The position numbers were made by a program, and so were the translations under genes. A stretch of DNA of 64,000 bases from an uncultured Planctomycetota bacterium. Its GTDB lineage: Bacteria; Planctomycetota; Planctomycetia; Pirellulales; Lacipirellulaceae. The stretch is taken from assembly GCA_963719315.1 (NCBI GenBank), contig CAVRBU010000012.1, positions 32,001 through 96,000 on the forward strand, in the 5' to 3' direction. Position 1 is the stretch's first letter, and every line of letters begins with the position of its first letter. Positions 1 to 11,936 of this stretch are shown piece after piece. The notes beneath the pieces are model-generated. The model ran no database searches. It had not been told where the DNA came from and saw only the letters and a program-made list of their open reading frames with translations.

Positions 1-35
1 TAATAGTAATTTGCGACGAGGAAGGAGCTCGACAG

Positions 36-1709
36 ATGAAACTGCTGATTATCGGAGGCGTGGCGGGCGGCGCTTCAGCCGCTGCCCGGGCGCGTCGCCT
101 CTCGGAGGACGCCGAAATCGTTTTGATTGAGCGGGGACCCAACGTCTCGTTTGCCAATTGCGGTCTACCTTACTACATCGGCGGCGAGATTACGGACCGG
201 GACAAGCTGCTGGTGGTAACTCCGGAGCGATTAAGAACGCGCTACAAATTGGACGTCCGCGTTCGGTCTTCTGCCGAAGTAATTGATCGGACGGAAAAGC
301 GGGTGCGCATCCGCGATTTGGCTTCCGGACGCGAATATGTGGAAACATACGACAAGCTGATCCTGGCGCCAGGTGCGGCGCCAATACGTCCGCCGATTCC
401 GGGCATCGACCTGCCGGGGGTATTCACGCTTCGGAATCTGGGCGATATGGATCGCATCGTGACGACGCTGCAACAAGGGATGGTGGAGGTCGTCATCGTC
501 GGGGCTGGTTTCATCGGTCTGGAACTAGTTGAAAATCTTGTTCGACGCGACTTACGTGTCACGGTGGTGGAGTTACAGGATCAAATCCTGCCGCCATTCG
601 ACAAGGAAATGACTACGCCCCTGACCGAACTTCTGGCAAGCAAGGGCGTTGGATTGAGACTCCGCGAATCCGCCATCGCGTTTGAGAAATTGTCAGACGG
701 GCTCGCGGTCCGATTGAAGAGCGGCGGCGTAATATCATCTCAATTGGTCCTACTTGGGGTCGGAGTGCGGCCCGAAAACAAACTGGCCGTCGACGCCGGA
801 ATAGAGGTCGGACCTCGTGGCGGTATCCGCGTGAACAAGCATCTCCAGACGAGCGACCCGGACATTTACGCAGTGGGCGACGCCATCGAAGTGACAGACT
901 TCGTAACGGGTGAGCCAACTCAAATACCGTTAGCTGGACCAGCGAATCGCCAGGGTCGAATTGCCGCCGATAATGTTTTTGGACGCTCGGCTTGCTATCG
1001 TGGCACTCAGGGGACAGCGATCGTCCGCGCATTTGATTGCACGGCGGCCATCACGGGCGCGTCGGAAAAGACGCTGCGACGAGCCAATCGTGCATATCAG
1101 AAAGTCTATGTGCATCCGTCGCATCATGCCACTTATTATCCAGGCGCAGAAAATATGACCTTAAAGCTGCTCTTCGAGCCCGACTCTGGCAAGGTGCTTG
1201 GCGCACAGGCTGTGGGAGGAGCTGGCGTAGATAAACGGATCGACGTTCTGGCGGTAGCCATTCAAGCTGGCATGACGGTTTACGATCTGGAGGAAATGGA
1301 GTTAGCTTATGCGCCTCAATTTGGATCGGCAAAAGATCCGATCAATATGGGAGGCTTTGTCGCCGCCGGGCTGCTGCGGGGAGACCACCCACAGACCGAT
1401 ATTACATCGCTTCTGGAAGCCGCGCAACGGGATCGTCCCTTTCTACTGGACGTCCGAACGTCGCAGGAGTTTTCTAATCAGCACATTCCGGGTGCCGTAA
1501 ACATCCCGATCGATGAATTGAGATCTCGCCTGAAAGAGTTGCCTCTTGACCGGGAGATTGCCGCGTACTGCCAAGTCGGACAGCGTGGTTATCTGGCGAC
1601 ACGCATCCTGAAACAGACAGGCTTTCAAGCCGTTAACATCGGCGGCGGCTACAAGACCTATGAAATGGAAAGCTCCAGAACTGCAGCTTTAACAAGCGGA
1701 AGTAGTTAA
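36..1709 (+). CDS. CoA-disulfide/persulfide reductase with C-terminal rhodanese domain (Cdr-RHD/Npsr-like)
   Basis: GGVAGG FAD motif, SFANCGLPY redox Cys, GAGFIG NAD(P)H motif, YAPQF, then rhodanese LLDVR...YCQVGQRG; RBS GAAGGAG. Confidence 0.9.
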   Translation: MKLLIIGGVAGGASAAARARRLSEDAEIVLIERGPNVSFANCGLPYYIGGEITDRDKLLVVTPERLRTRYKLDVRVRSSAEVIDRTEKRVRIRDLASGREYVETYDKLILAPGAAPIRPPIPGIDLPGVFTLRNLGDMDRIVTTLQQGMVEVVIVGAGFIGLELVENLVRRDLRVTVVELQDQILPPFDKEMTTPLTELLASKGVGLRLRESAIAFEKLSDGLAVRLKSGGVISSQLVLLGVGVRPENKLAVDAGIEVGPRGGIRVNKHLQTSDPDIYAVGDAIEVTDFVTGEPTQIPLAGPANRQGRIAADNVFGRSACYRGTQGTAIVRAFDCTAAITGASEKTLRRANRAYQKVYVHPSHHATYYPGAENMTLKLLFEPDSGKVLGAQAVGGAGVDKRIDVLAVAIQAGMTVYDLEEMELAYAPQFGSAKDPINMGGFVAAGLLRGDHPQTDITSLLEAAQRDRPFLLDVRTSQEFSNQHIPGAVNIPIDELRSRLKELPLDREIAAYCQVGQRGYLATRILKQTGFQAVNIGGGYKTYEMESSRTAALTSGSS

Positions 1710-1935
1710 CCGCGGAAAGCGGGTGTTGCCATAGATTACTCGCGGTCGTAATGGCTCAGACGCTAATTGGTAACTCGCCGTCCGCGGCCCAAGGAATCTA
1801 CTGCCTTCGATGTAAGAGTTATCGGCTTTGGCCGAAAAGTCCGTAAGCGTCCATCGGGAGGTCTCGTTTGCCACGATTGGACGACAACTTTTCAAAGCCT
1901 TGCCACTTCTTGTTTGTAGGCCGCCCGTTGCCACG

Positions 1936-2721
1936 TTACTTTTTCTGGAATGGTTGATTGAGCCGGCGAAATTGGCGTTGTGCCGATATGCGGCTAGAAT
2001 CCGTCAAAATCGCACGCTGCTCGTGGCGCTTCGCTGCACCTGCGATCAGGTCGATGGCGTCGTTGCGAGAAATATGCTCCAAGTTGATTACAAGATCGTA
2101 CAGGTGCGGATCGGCAGCGTCTCGATGGAAGTAGCGCTGTACAAACTGCGTACGACCGTCGTCCGTCTCATCGACGAACTTCTTCGCATCGCGCTCGCTG
2201 CATTGCCTTCTTTCCATCACACGTCGGACTCTCTGATTTAAGGGAGCGATGATCCGCACGGAAAAACCCCGGTCTCGCGGAAGCATGAATTGCGCGCCGC
2301 GTCCCACGAACACCGTGCATTCGTGCTGCGCAGCCAGCAATACGATGCGCCCCAAACGGGCGACGTATTCCGCTTGGGACACCAACTGTTCGTCGAGCCA
2401 TTTGCCGAACATTTCATGAAACCACGACACCGCCCGCTCATCGACGAATTCAAGTGCGAGGCGCGATAGATGATCGTGCTCGGCAAGGAAGTCGAGCAAC
2501 TCGCGGTCGAGCACCTTCCAACCGCATTGCGCGGCGATGGCCTGCGCCAAGTCGCTCGCATCGACTCCCACTTCTCGGGAAATAGCGAGATAAGGATGAA
2601 TTAAGTGCGGCACGGAGGCCTTCTCGCCTTCTTCGGCAAGCAGCTGTTGCGTGCGTAAAGTGAGCGCCCAATTGCGCATTTGCCGTTCTGCCAATTCCGA
2701 TAACCCACGACTTTGTGACAT
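1936..2721 (-). CDS. Cytidylate kinase-like family protein (Cytidylate_kin2)
   Basis: LAISREVG...WKVLDRELL, VFVGRGAQFML, YDLVIN motifs; RBS AAGGAAG. Confidence 0.8.
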   Translation of the reverse strand: MSQSRGLSELAERQMRNWALTLRTQQLLAEEGEKASVPHLIHPYLAISREVGVDASDLAQAIAAQCGWKVLDRELLDFLAEHDHLSRLALEFVDERAVSWFHEMFGKWLDEQLVSQAEYVARLGRIVLLAAQHECTVFVGRGAQFMLPRDRGFSVRIIAPLNQRVRRVMERRQCSERDAKKFVDETDDGRTQFVQRYFHRDAADPHLYDLVINLEHISRNDAIDLIAGAAKRHEQRAILTDSSRISAQRQFRRLNQPFQKK

Positions 2722-2762
2722 CGTATTACTTCCTTTCTTGGAGCCACCCAGCGCCGATAACG

Positions 2763-2778
2763 TGCAACTGTGGTGCCA
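2763..2778 (-). promoter_or_regulatory. sigma-54 (-24/-12) promoter candidate
   Basis: Minus strand reads TGGCACCACAGTTGCA (consensus TGGCAC-N5-TTGC), ~40 nt upstream of the 2721 start. Confidence 0.65.
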
Positions 2779-2994
2779 ATTGGGTCAAAGTCCTCGCAGA
2801 GGGAGAAGCCGCCGCTCATGGGCCCGCTTACAGCGGCACGGCTTTTGCTCTTTTATTGTGCTCGATACGCTTGCCGGCGAGATAGGATGCGGCTGGCCCA
2901 CGGTGATTCACAATAACGCGCCTCGGCAAGCAATGGCACATCGGGCGATTAGACACTAGTTCCTCCACACTATTGGCCGTTCGAGTGGATCACT

Positions 2995-3642
2995 ATGGAT
3001 TTCAAACCTGAATCCAACCGTACCCTATCGCTTCATACCTCAGACAAGGGCTTGGAAGAGCAACTGCCCGATACGATTATTCCTGTGCCGTTGCGTCTGT
3101 GGCCCGAAGTTGGTTTCGAGGCTCGTCCCCATCTCAAGGCAGGGATTGTGTTAGGTGGTTTCGCCGGATGCACGAGTCTCTTAACGAACATCATCGGCAG
3201 CGTGTTTTGGCCCGCGATTGGCGGCGAAGAACAATACCCGCTTAGACTCATCCAGGTTTACCTGACATTTCCCCTGGGTGAAGCTGCGTTGCAGTTGAAT
3301 AGCGGCGCACTGCTGGCACTGGGATGCGTGTTGTACCTGTGCACGGGCATGTTGTACGGCATGTTGTTCGAGCTTTTGATCTCCTACTTGCTGCCGCACG
3401 CGCGATTAGGAGCGCGGCTGATCTTTTGCAGCATCCTGGCGCTTGGCGTCTGGGCGATCAATTTCTATGCGTTGTTGGCCTGGATGCAACCGTTGTTCTT
3501 GGGAGGCCGCTGGATTATCGAACTTATTCCCTGGTGGGTCGCGGCGCTGACCCACTTGGTTTTCGGCTGGACGATGGCCCTCGTATTTCCACTTGGCTTG
3601 CACGAGTCCGGCCGATCTGGCTCCGCCATTCCCGTAGAGTAG
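2995..3642 (+). CDS. Hypothetical multi-pass membrane protein
   Basis: 215 aa ORF with about four hydrophobic segments; no family recognised. Confidence 0.65.
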   Translation: MDFKPESNRTLSLHTSDKGLEEQLPDTIIPVPLRLWPEVGFEARPHLKAGIVLGGFAGCTSLLTNIIGSVFWPAIGGEEQYPLRLIQVYLTFPLGEAALQLNSGALLALGCVLYLCTGMLYGMLFELLISYLLPHARLGARLIFCSILALGVWAINFYALLAWMQPLFLGGRWIIELIPWWVAALTHLVFGWTMALVFPLGLHESGRSGSAIPVE

Positions 3643-3871
3643 ATCGCAGGCCTACAGGACGCGATTCGGCGCGGACGATTTTGAATCGCGGCGCAGTGTA
3701 CGCATTTACCCTGGCCGAACTTGCGACCTGTACTTCGCTGCGTGCTGTCATTCGCTATTGAACTGCCGCATGCTGTGCCATCGTGGCACACGTGTGCGAG
3801 AAAGCGCACGTCTAGATTACAGAAAATGAGCGATGGGCATGGATTTCGGCTGTGCGCGATTCGCTACCGCA

Positions 3872-3887
3872 TGGAACGTGGTTTGCA
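3872..3887 (+). promoter_or_regulatory. sigma-54 promoter candidate
   Basis: TGGAACGTGGTTTGCA, GG-N10-GC spacing, upstream of the ybaK-usp-cbs-cytochrome cluster. Confidence 0.5.
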
Positions 3888-3952
3888 ACGCTGAACTGGT
3901 GCGTGGTCATTGCAAATCATTCCAAACGGCTCGGTCGCCGAAGGGAGAGGCA

Positions 3953-4417
3953 ATGAAAATCGATACTTTTCTTGTGGAGCGGAATTGCCAATTTGAGCGT
4001 CTGCCACACTCGCCGACGTACAGTGCCCAACGCTTGGCCCAGGAGCTACATGTGCCGGGTCAGGAAGTAGCAAAAACCGTGTTATTGCGATCCAGCAGTG
4101 GAAGTAGATTCGTGGTCGCTGTGTTGCCGGCAAGTAAATCGATCGATTTGGCGGCCGCCTCGAAGCTGGTTGGCAAAGGCAAACTTCACCTCGCCACCGA
4201 ACTGGAAATTGGAGAGCATTGTCCCGACTGCGAGTTCGGAGTCTTGCCGCCATTCGGCTCGCGCTATGGCATGAAGACGATTGTTGATTCAAGCCTGGCT
4301 CAGGACGAAGGAATAGTGTTCGCAGCGAACACGCACCACGAAGCGATCCGCATGAGATTCCAAGAATATCGCGAGTTGGAGGTTCCTAAAATTGGTCAGT
4401 TCGCGCTCGACGCATAG
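3953..4417 (+). CDS. YbaK/ProX aminoacyl-tRNA deacylase family protein
   Basis: VAKTVLL, VAVLPA, PDCEFGVLPPFG motifs; ATG 3953 follows RBS GGGAGAGG. Confidence 0.85.
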   Translation: MKIDTFLVERNCQFERLPHSPTYSAQRLAQELHVPGQEVAKTVLLRSSSGSRFVVAVLPASKSIDLAAASKLVGKGKLHLATELEIGEHCPDCEFGVLPPFGSRYGMKTIVDSSLAQDEGIVFAANTHHEAIRMRFQEYRELEVPKIGQFALDA

Positions 4418-4487
4418 TGTCGATGTCCTAACGCCTGCTGTCGTACATTTACTGCAAGCGACGCAACGAGCGTTTAACGAGGCAATC

Positions 4488-4985
4488 ATGAACATCAAGT
4501 CGATCCAGTTTCCAACCGATTTTTCGCACTGCAACGACGCCGCTTTGAAGTACGCGTCGGCGTTGGCCGCGGAAGCCGGTGCCACGCTGCACATTGTGTA
4601 TGTTCATGATGTGCGAGACCTAAATGCCGCGCTCGGTGAGCCTGGTTACGTCTATGCATCAGCGTGGGAAGAAGAGGGGCGCAATGCGAGCCTACGCCTC
4701 AAAAAAGTCGTACCAGCAGCCGCAACGGTAACCTATTCGCACCATTGTTTGACCGGCGATCCCGTCACAGAAATCGTTGCCTTTGCCGAGAATAACAAGA
4801 TCGACCTGATTGTCATGGCGTCGCATGGCCGCACCGGCATTTCGCGGCTGCTGATGGGGAGCGTTGCTGAAGGGGTGATGCGGAAGGCCCCTTGCCCCGT
4901 CCTGATAGTCAGGCAACCCACTGAAAAAGACACGGAAGATAAGAACCTCTTTACCCCTAGCCAGGAAACAAGGCTCCTAACATGA
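4488..4985 (+). CDS. Universal stress protein (Usp)
   Basis: PTDFS at N-terminus and DLIVMASHGRTG...GSVAEGVMRKAPCPVL. Confidence 0.92.
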   Translation: MNIKSIQFPTDFSHCNDAALKYASALAAEAGATLHIVYVHDVRDLNAALGEPGYVYASAWEEEGRNASLRLKKVVPAAATVTYSHHCLTGDPVTEIVAFAENNKIDLIVMASHGRTGISRLLMGSVAEGVMRKAPCPVLIVRQPTEKDTEDKNLFTPSQETRLLT

Positions 4986-5471
4986 AAAACGTTACTCAGC
5001 GAATAGTGGCCGCGGACCTAATGCAGCGAGACATCGTGGCAGTCTCGCCCGACGACACATTGCGGGATGCGCTTGCGCTAATGACCGACAATCACGTGAC
5101 CGGTCTACCCGTAATGAACGGCCAAAGCCGTTGCGTGGGGTTGATTACCGCCAGCGACATTCTGAACTATGAGGACGAGCACGCAAACGGTTCGGCCGAA
5201 ACTGGCTCTGCGCAATTCTTCGATCCGGAGACGCAACAGTGGGACAGCGTGCTCTTTTCAGCGTTCGGTCTAGAAGAATTCGGCGACGTGCGTGTGCAGG
5301 AACGTCATGACGAGGGACCTGATTTGGGTCACACGCGACACGCCGCTCAAGGACGTAGCTCGGCGAATGATCGACGAGCGCATCCACCGCGTCCTCGTGA
5401 TGGACAAAGACGCTCGACTGTACGGCATTCTTTCGGCTTACGATTTTGTTCGCGTGGTCGCGGAACGTTAA
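4982..5471 (+). CDS. CBS-pair domain protein (one frameshift near 5300)
   Basis: First CBS: DLMQRDIVAVSPDDTL...GLPV...GLITASD. After one extra base the other frame reads VMTRDLIWVTRDTPLKDVARRMIDERIHRVLVMD...GILSAYDFVR, stop 5469-5471. Confidence 0.8.
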
Positions 5472-5526
5472 TTGTAAATGTGTGACTTTGTGTACCTGGA
5501 TGAATGCAGCGCTACGGGAGAATGCA

Positions 5527-5976
5527 ATGTGGGCATTTCAATATTGTGCGAAGCTGGGTTTGCTTGTTTGCCTCGTTGGTTGTACGTCCAATGAAAGCAA
5601 GTACACGCTTCCGCCAGGAGACACCCAGCGCGGACACGATGCATTTGTCAAGTTCCGATGCTTCGACTGCCACAGGGTGCAGGGCGTGGATTTGCCGCCC
5701 GGTGAGGAGCCCAATCAGGTAATAGTTGAATTGGGTGGAAAAGTAGAGTGCCCAAAGGAGTACGGCGATCTTGTTACGGCAATCGTCAATCCTTCGCATC
5801 GGTTGGCAAAGGGATATACGCCAGATTTGGTTGCCGATGACGGGAAGTCGAGGATGACCGTGTACAACGACGTGATGACCGTCACTCAATTAGTCGACAT
5901 TGTGGCGTTCTTGCAATCGCACTACGAACTGCAACCCTATGAGCCGACGTCGTATCCGGATTACTACGGCCCCTAA
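5527..5976 (+). CDS. Monoheme c-type cytochrome, probable lipoprotein
   Basis: Lipobox-like LVGC, CFDCH heme motif, distal Met candidate in SRMTVY. Confidence 0.8.
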   Translation: MWAFQYCAKLGLLVCLVGCTSNESKYTLPPGDTQRGHDAFVKFRCFDCHRVQGVDLPPGEEPNQVIVELGGKVECPKEYGDLVTAIVNPSHRLAKGYTPDLVADDGKSRMTVYNDVMTVTQLVDIVAFLQSHYELQPYEPTSYPDYYGP

Positions 5977-7532
5977 CAGCCTGTTGAAGAAGTTGGTATT
6001 TGGTGATTTTAGGCAGCCAACGCGAGCGGTTGGTTGATGGTTGATTTTTGTCGGCCGGTCGGCGGCGTGGGCGTCAGCAGACGCTCCAGCGCGGCCAGGG
6101 TGTTAAACAACACAACATGCAAGGCGTCGGCAAGCCCGCCGTTCCCTTGCAGGCTCCTGGCCGTGCCGATTCCGAACAAGTGGCGCAGGACGAGGCCCAG
6201 ATTGCGTGCCATGGCCGACGTCAGGTATCGCTTTCTCACTTTCTCGATACCATGCAGCCACGTTCGCCGACTGCCGCCCGTCTCGCAGACGTGGGCGAAA
6301 CTCCGCTCGACCTTCTCACTCCTCTCGCGCTGTAGAGCACGTCCTCGCTTTCCTTTGACCCGGCGGCGGTTGCCCGTCACCGCCCGACGCTCTTCGTCCG
6401 CTTTGTTTTTCCAATTGCGACGATGCGCGTGCTGTGGTTCGGCGATGTACGTTCGTAGACCCTCGGTGAATTCCAATTCGGCCAGCGTCTCGTTCCCCGA
6501 GTAGCCTTTGTCCGCCACCGTCTCCTCGATGTCCGCGTCGCTGTCGGCTTGAATCAAGTTGTCTTGCGCTTGGCTGAGGCTCGGGCCGATCGTGTCCACG
6601 TCGGCCGCGTTGGCGTGATAGATCTCGGCCGCCAGGATCAGCTCCGTGTCCAGATCGACGACGTGTTCGGCCTTGTAGGCCAGATGCGTGCGGCCGTCCT
6701 TCATCCGGGTGATCCGGCTGTCTGGGTCGGTTTCGCTCTGCCATTCTTGGTTCGAGACCTTTTTGTCCTTGCGCTGGCGATCGAACCGAGCAATCTCCTC
6801 GGCTGAGGGTTCGTCGCCCGGCTCGATCTGGCCTGCTTCCTGCATCAGACGCCGAACATACTCCTGCCAGTCCTCGCCCGTGTCGCGCCTGACGATGCTC
6901 TTCATGGCCGCGTCGGCCTCCAGGGTCGTGGCGTCGACGCCCACCGTCTTGCCGGCGAGCAGGCCTTGCTGCTCAGCCACCTCGAGCACGAAGCAGAATA
7001 CTTGCCGATGAACCGACAACGGCAGTCGGTCGCGGACCCGCGTCAGGCTCGAATGGTCAGGCGTCTCTTCGCCGAGCGGGACGCCCAGAAATTCTCGCAA
7101 GCTGAGACTGTCGGCACACCGCCAGGCGATGCCCCGCTGCGAGCCGAGGCCCTCGAAGTAGCCCACCAACAGCATCCGGAAGTAGACGCCCGGCGGAATG
7201 CCGGGCCGCCCCATCGTTTCGTGGTAGTACGGCTCACAGAGCCTTTCGACGAACTCGTCGAAGCCGGCTGCTCGCAGCAATTGATTGAGCTTGCCGTAAA
7301 ACACATGCCCTTCCGACCGCGGCAACTGGTCCACCGGGATCCAGAAGGACGACTGCTGCTCTTGGTTGCGGTGTCCCAACGCCATCCGTGATCTCCTCAA
7401 TTCGGCTCTGCGGATGCCTGAGCAAAACAATAATCGCTCTTACACTGGCATCCACGCCAACCGCAGGCGACAATTTAGCGCCATGCCGTCGTTAGCGAAA
7501 GTCTATCCAAAGGAGACTTCTTCAACAGGCTG
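5977..7532. mobile_element. IS1182-family insertion sequence
   Basis: Perfect 17 bp terminal inverted repeats CAGCCTGTTGAAGAAGT (5977-5993) / ACTTCTTCAACAGGCTG (7516-7532), flanked by CTAA / CTAG; contains a transposase. Confidence 0.88.
6009..7385 (-). CDS. IS1182-family DDE transposase
   Basis: GRPGIPP, PDHSSLTR, VDATTLEA, TDPDSR, ADKGYS, VERSF motifs; ATG 7385 with RBS GAGGAG. Confidence 0.9.
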   Translation of the reverse strand: MALGHRNQEQQSSFWIPVDQLPRSEGHVFYGKLNQLLRAAGFDEFVERLCEPYYHETMGRPGIPPGVYFRMLLVGYFEGLGSQRGIAWRCADSLSLREFLGVPLGEETPDHSSLTRVRDRLPLSVHRQVFCFVLEVAEQQGLLAGKTVGVDATTLEADAAMKSIVRRDTGEDWQEYVRRLMQEAGQIEPGDEPSAEEIARFDRQRKDKKVSNQEWQSETDPDSRITRMKDGRTHLAYKAEHVVDLDTELILAAEIYHANAADVDTIGPSLSQAQDNLIQADSDADIEETVADKGYSGNETLAELEFTEGLRTYIAEPQHAHRRNWKNKADEERRAVTGNRRRVKGKRGRALQRERSEKVERSFAHVCETGGSRRTWLHGIEKVRKRYLTSAMARNLGLVLRHLFGIGTARSLQGNGGLADALHVVLFNTLAALERLLTPTPPTGRQKSTINQPLALAA

Positions 7533-7658
7533 CTAGTTGCAACTGCAAAGAGCATCGTTTAATGGTGCAGTCAAGGAATGAGCGCTGCGTATTCGAGCAT
7601 CTGAAAATATCTGGAAGGCAAGGCGTGGCAGTTTTGATTGCCGGATCACTGTAACAAA

Positions 7659-9227
7659 ATGAGTACCACAACTGCTTCGACCGGGTCGGAGAGTGCTGCC
7701 GAGTTCCTGCACAGCGCATTGTCGTACCCGGATCATCCGAGTGCAGTTCATGTCATCGAGACGCACATATCATGGGTGTTTCTGACGGACTGCCATGCAT
7801 ATAAGCTCAAAAAGCCAGTACAGTTCGAGTTCCTGAACTTCTCCACGCCAGAGTTGCGTCATCGTGCCTGTTTGGAAGAAGTTCGGCTCAACCGGCGCCT
7901 CGCGCGGGACATCTACATTGACGTACTACCGATAACCCAGAACTCGGATGGCTCCCTTGAATTAAGTGGAGACGGACGGCAAATCGACTGGGTAGTGAAA
8001 ATGCGGCGGCTGCCGGCGGAATCGGCATTGGTCGCGATATTGCGTGAAAATCGACTCACCCCGGAAGTCGCAGAAGCGATCGCGCAATTCCTGGCAGATT
8101 TCTACTCCCGGTTGCTTCCAAAGCCGCTGAATTCGGATGATTATCGACGGAGACTTGACCGTCACATTCGGGCCAATGGAGTGGCGCTGCTTGATTCGCT
8201 TCCGGCGGAGCGAACCCGCGTCCGCCGTATCCAAACGGCGCAGCTGCGGTACTTGAACGTCCAAGCTAAACTGATCGACGACCGTGTCGTCGCCGGCCGC
8301 ATTGTCGATGGGCACGGCGATCTTCGGCCGGAACATATTTACGTGGCTGGTGGCCCAAATGTCATCGACTGCCTCGAGTTCTCCGAAGAATTACGCACCG
8401 TCGATATTGCCGACGACCTTTGTTTTCTTTACATGGAGTGCGAGCGGCTGGATCACGGTGAGTTGGGAGAGTTTGTACTAGCGAGGTATCAAAGGGCGTC
8501 CGGTGACGCAGTGCCCGAGTCCTTACTATCTTTTTATCGTTGTTATCGAGCGATGATGCGGGCCAAGGTTGCGCTGCTGCGGAGCCAGCAACATTCTAGT
8601 CCTGGCCCCCCACACATTGACGAACACATTCGGCAGTATTTCGATTTAGCCGACCGCTACGCCCCACAACTTGGTTTACCCTGCGTGCTGATCGTCGGCG
8701 GGCTCATGGGGACAGGAAAGTCGACGTTGGCTCGCAAGCTGGCAGATGCCTTTAACATGGAATTGCTTTCGACCGACCACATCCGGCGTTCCATGTTTGG
8801 CAGGAGTGAACTGCCGGCCGGCTACGGGGAAGCCAACTACCGGCCGGACATGCGCAGCCGTGTCTATGATGCGCTGCTCGGCCAAGCAAGTGAGATTCTA
8901 GAATCAGGTCAATCGGTAATCCTCGATGGTACGTTCGTTACGTGCGGATTAAGAGACCGTGTGTATGACTTGGCGTCGCGATATCACGCCGTTCCATTAC
9001 TCGTTCAATGCACGTGTGCTCGGCAGATGGCATATGCCCGCATACTAGCGCGAGCTGAAAGCGGTCAAGGTGAGTCCGAGGCCCGCGCAGAGCTTTACGA
9101 CCTACAGGCGCGAGAGCTTGAACCGGCCTGGTCCGACGAACCGGCGATTATCGTGGATACAACTCAGGCGATGTCACAGCAATTGCAAGCGGTTTACTCC
9201 GAACTAAGACGATCATTGTTCATTTGA
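7659..9227 (+). CDS. Aminoglycoside-phosphotransferase-like domain fused to P-loop kinase (COG2187+COG0645, Rv2004c-like)
   Basis: ETHISWVFL, YKLKKPV, EEVRLNRRLA, DGHGDL, DCLEF; C-terminal GLMGTGKS Walker A. Confidence 0.88.
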   Translation: MSTTTASTGSESAAEFLHSALSYPDHPSAVHVIETHISWVFLTDCHAYKLKKPVQFEFLNFSTPELRHRACLEEVRLNRRLARDIYIDVLPITQNSDGSLELSGDGRQIDWVVKMRRLPAESALVAILRENRLTPEVAEAIAQFLADFYSRLLPKPLNSDDYRRRLDRHIRANGVALLDSLPAERTRVRRIQTAQLRYLNVQAKLIDDRVVAGRIVDGHGDLRPEHIYVAGGPNVIDCLEFSEELRTVDIADDLCFLYMECERLDHGELGEFVLARYQRASGDAVPESLLSFYRCYRAMMRAKVALLRSQQHSSPGPPHIDEHIRQYFDLADRYAPQLGLPCVLIVGGLMGTGKSTLARKLADAFNMELLSTDHIRRSMFGRSELPAGYGEANYRPDMRSRVYDALLGQASEILESGQSVILDGTFVTCGLRDRVYDLASRYHAVPLLVQCTCARQMAYARILARAESGQGESEARAELYDLQARELEPAWSDEPAIIVDTTQAMSQQLQAVYSELRRSLFI

Positions 9228-9492
9228 GGTGTGAAGAAAGTATGCCTTGTTTTCAGCTGCATTCAGCGGCAATGGCAAGCCGGCCGTAAGCATGGTGAGT
9301 ACAAATTGCCGAGCATGCTTGCAGGATCGGTCCCAACTCAAATGAATTCAAAGTCGAGGATGGATAGCTTGATTCCTGCCCTCGGCTCGACTCGTCGTTT
9401 ATATCGACGTGGAGCGAGTGAACGGCGTGGGCCGCCGTAATCGCCCGATGGCAACCACGTGTGGGCAATCCGCAAGGATTTCGTTGCTTAGC

Positions 9493-10542
<1,050 letters not shown>

Positions 10543-10661
10543 GGCAAGGGCCTCGTTTTGATAGTCGATATTGCCGACGACTACGTCCAGCAGCGGTTGT
10601 AACTGCTTATACGACAGCGAGCCAAGGCTCGCGCGTCAAGAGCTCAATCGGCGAGTACTAC

Positions 10662-10677
10662 TGCGAAGGTCATGCCG
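10662..10677 (-). promoter_or_regulatory. sigma-54 promoter candidate (fbaB)
   Basis: Minus strand CGGCATGACCTTCGCA, GG-N10-GC; weaker match. Confidence 0.35.
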
Positions 10678-11101
10678 TTAGTCGGAATCCGTGTCGTAAA
10701 CGGAATTCGCTAGCCCACACACGTCGGCCGTGACGCACAAATGTGCGACTCTGCGTGCTTTCGACGTTCGCCATTTCGCAAAAATCGCCTCAGACAGAAT
10801 TGTGACCACGTCCACGCATTACGTCAAACAGTGACATCTGCTCCGATGCCAGAAAACGCGAATCGTAAGTGGAATGCCTTTCGCCATCAGCGTGCCGTTA
10901 CATAGGATCTCGATTACCTCGTTCGCCTCTTCGCTGAGGGAGAAGGGTTATTAGGAAAGACCCGTATGGCGTGCGGCGGGTTGTGCGATTTCGCACACCT
11001 TAAGGCCGTTGAGCAGGAGCAGGCCGCAGTTTTTGCTTTCAATCGAGCTCGAATTTAGCCGTTTGGCGCCGGCATACGATTCGACCGCAAGGTATTGTGT
11101 T

Positions 11102-11117
11102 CGGCACGGTACGTGCA
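11102..11117 (+). promoter_or_regulatory. sigma-54 promoter candidate (nfnA-like)
   Basis: CGGCACGGTACGTGCA, GG-N10-GC, ~60 nt before ATG 11177. Confidence 0.45.
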
Positions 11118-11176
11118 TCACTTATCGAGCCTAACAATGACGATCGACGATAAACGACCTTGTTTCTATTGCAGCT

Positions 11177-11936
11177 ATGTATCCGATCAAAGAGGCCAGG
11201 TTCCTTGCGCCCGACGTAAAGCTCCTTAGAATTGGGCGCCGCTCGTAGCCCGGAAGCGCAAAGCGGGCCAGTTCGTCATCGTTCGTGTGCATGAACTCGG
11301 CGAGCGAATCGCGCTTACAATTGCCGATTCCGATGCCGATGCCGGAACTATTGCGATCATTGTTCAAGGAGTCGGTAAGACGAGCAAGCTGATCAACATG
11401 CTCAATCCAGGCGATGTAATGCTCGATGTCGTTGGGCCACTTGGTAATGCATCCGACGTTCGCAAGTTCGGCACCGTAGTCATGATCGGCGGCGGTGTCG
11501 GCGCCGCCATCGCCTACCCGACCGCAGTCGCTATGAAGCAGGCCGGCAACCGCCTGCTTAGTATCATCGGGCCAGAACCAATTGGTTGTTGATACTAGAA
11601 AACGAAATGCGGGCTACCAGCGATGAACTGTTTGTGATGACCGACGACGGCAGCTATGGCCAGCATGGGTTCGTCACCAACAAGCTTGAGGAATTGATTG
11701 CCGCGGAGGAACAAATTGACCATGTGCTGGCCATCGGTCCAATTCCCATGATGCAGGCGGTTGCGGAAGTGACCCAGCCGCACAAAATCCGAACAACCGT
11801 GACTCTCAATCCGATCATGGTGGATGGCACAGGGATGTGTGGGGGGTGCCGAGTCCTGATAAACGGCGAGAGACGGTTCGCTTGCGTGGACGGACCGGAG
11901 TTCGACGCCCACACCGTCGACGTATTTCCGGAGTAA
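11177..11936 (+). pseudogene. NfnA/SudB-like FAD/NAD-binding [2Fe-2S] subunit, frameshifted and 3'-truncated
   Basis: MYPIKEARFLAPDVK, AGQFVIVR, ERIALTIAD, GGGVG, DGTGMCGGCRV...CVDGPEFD spread over three frames (shifts near 11235 and 11570). Stops right after the Fe-S motif; no NfnB gene follows. Confidence 0.75.
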
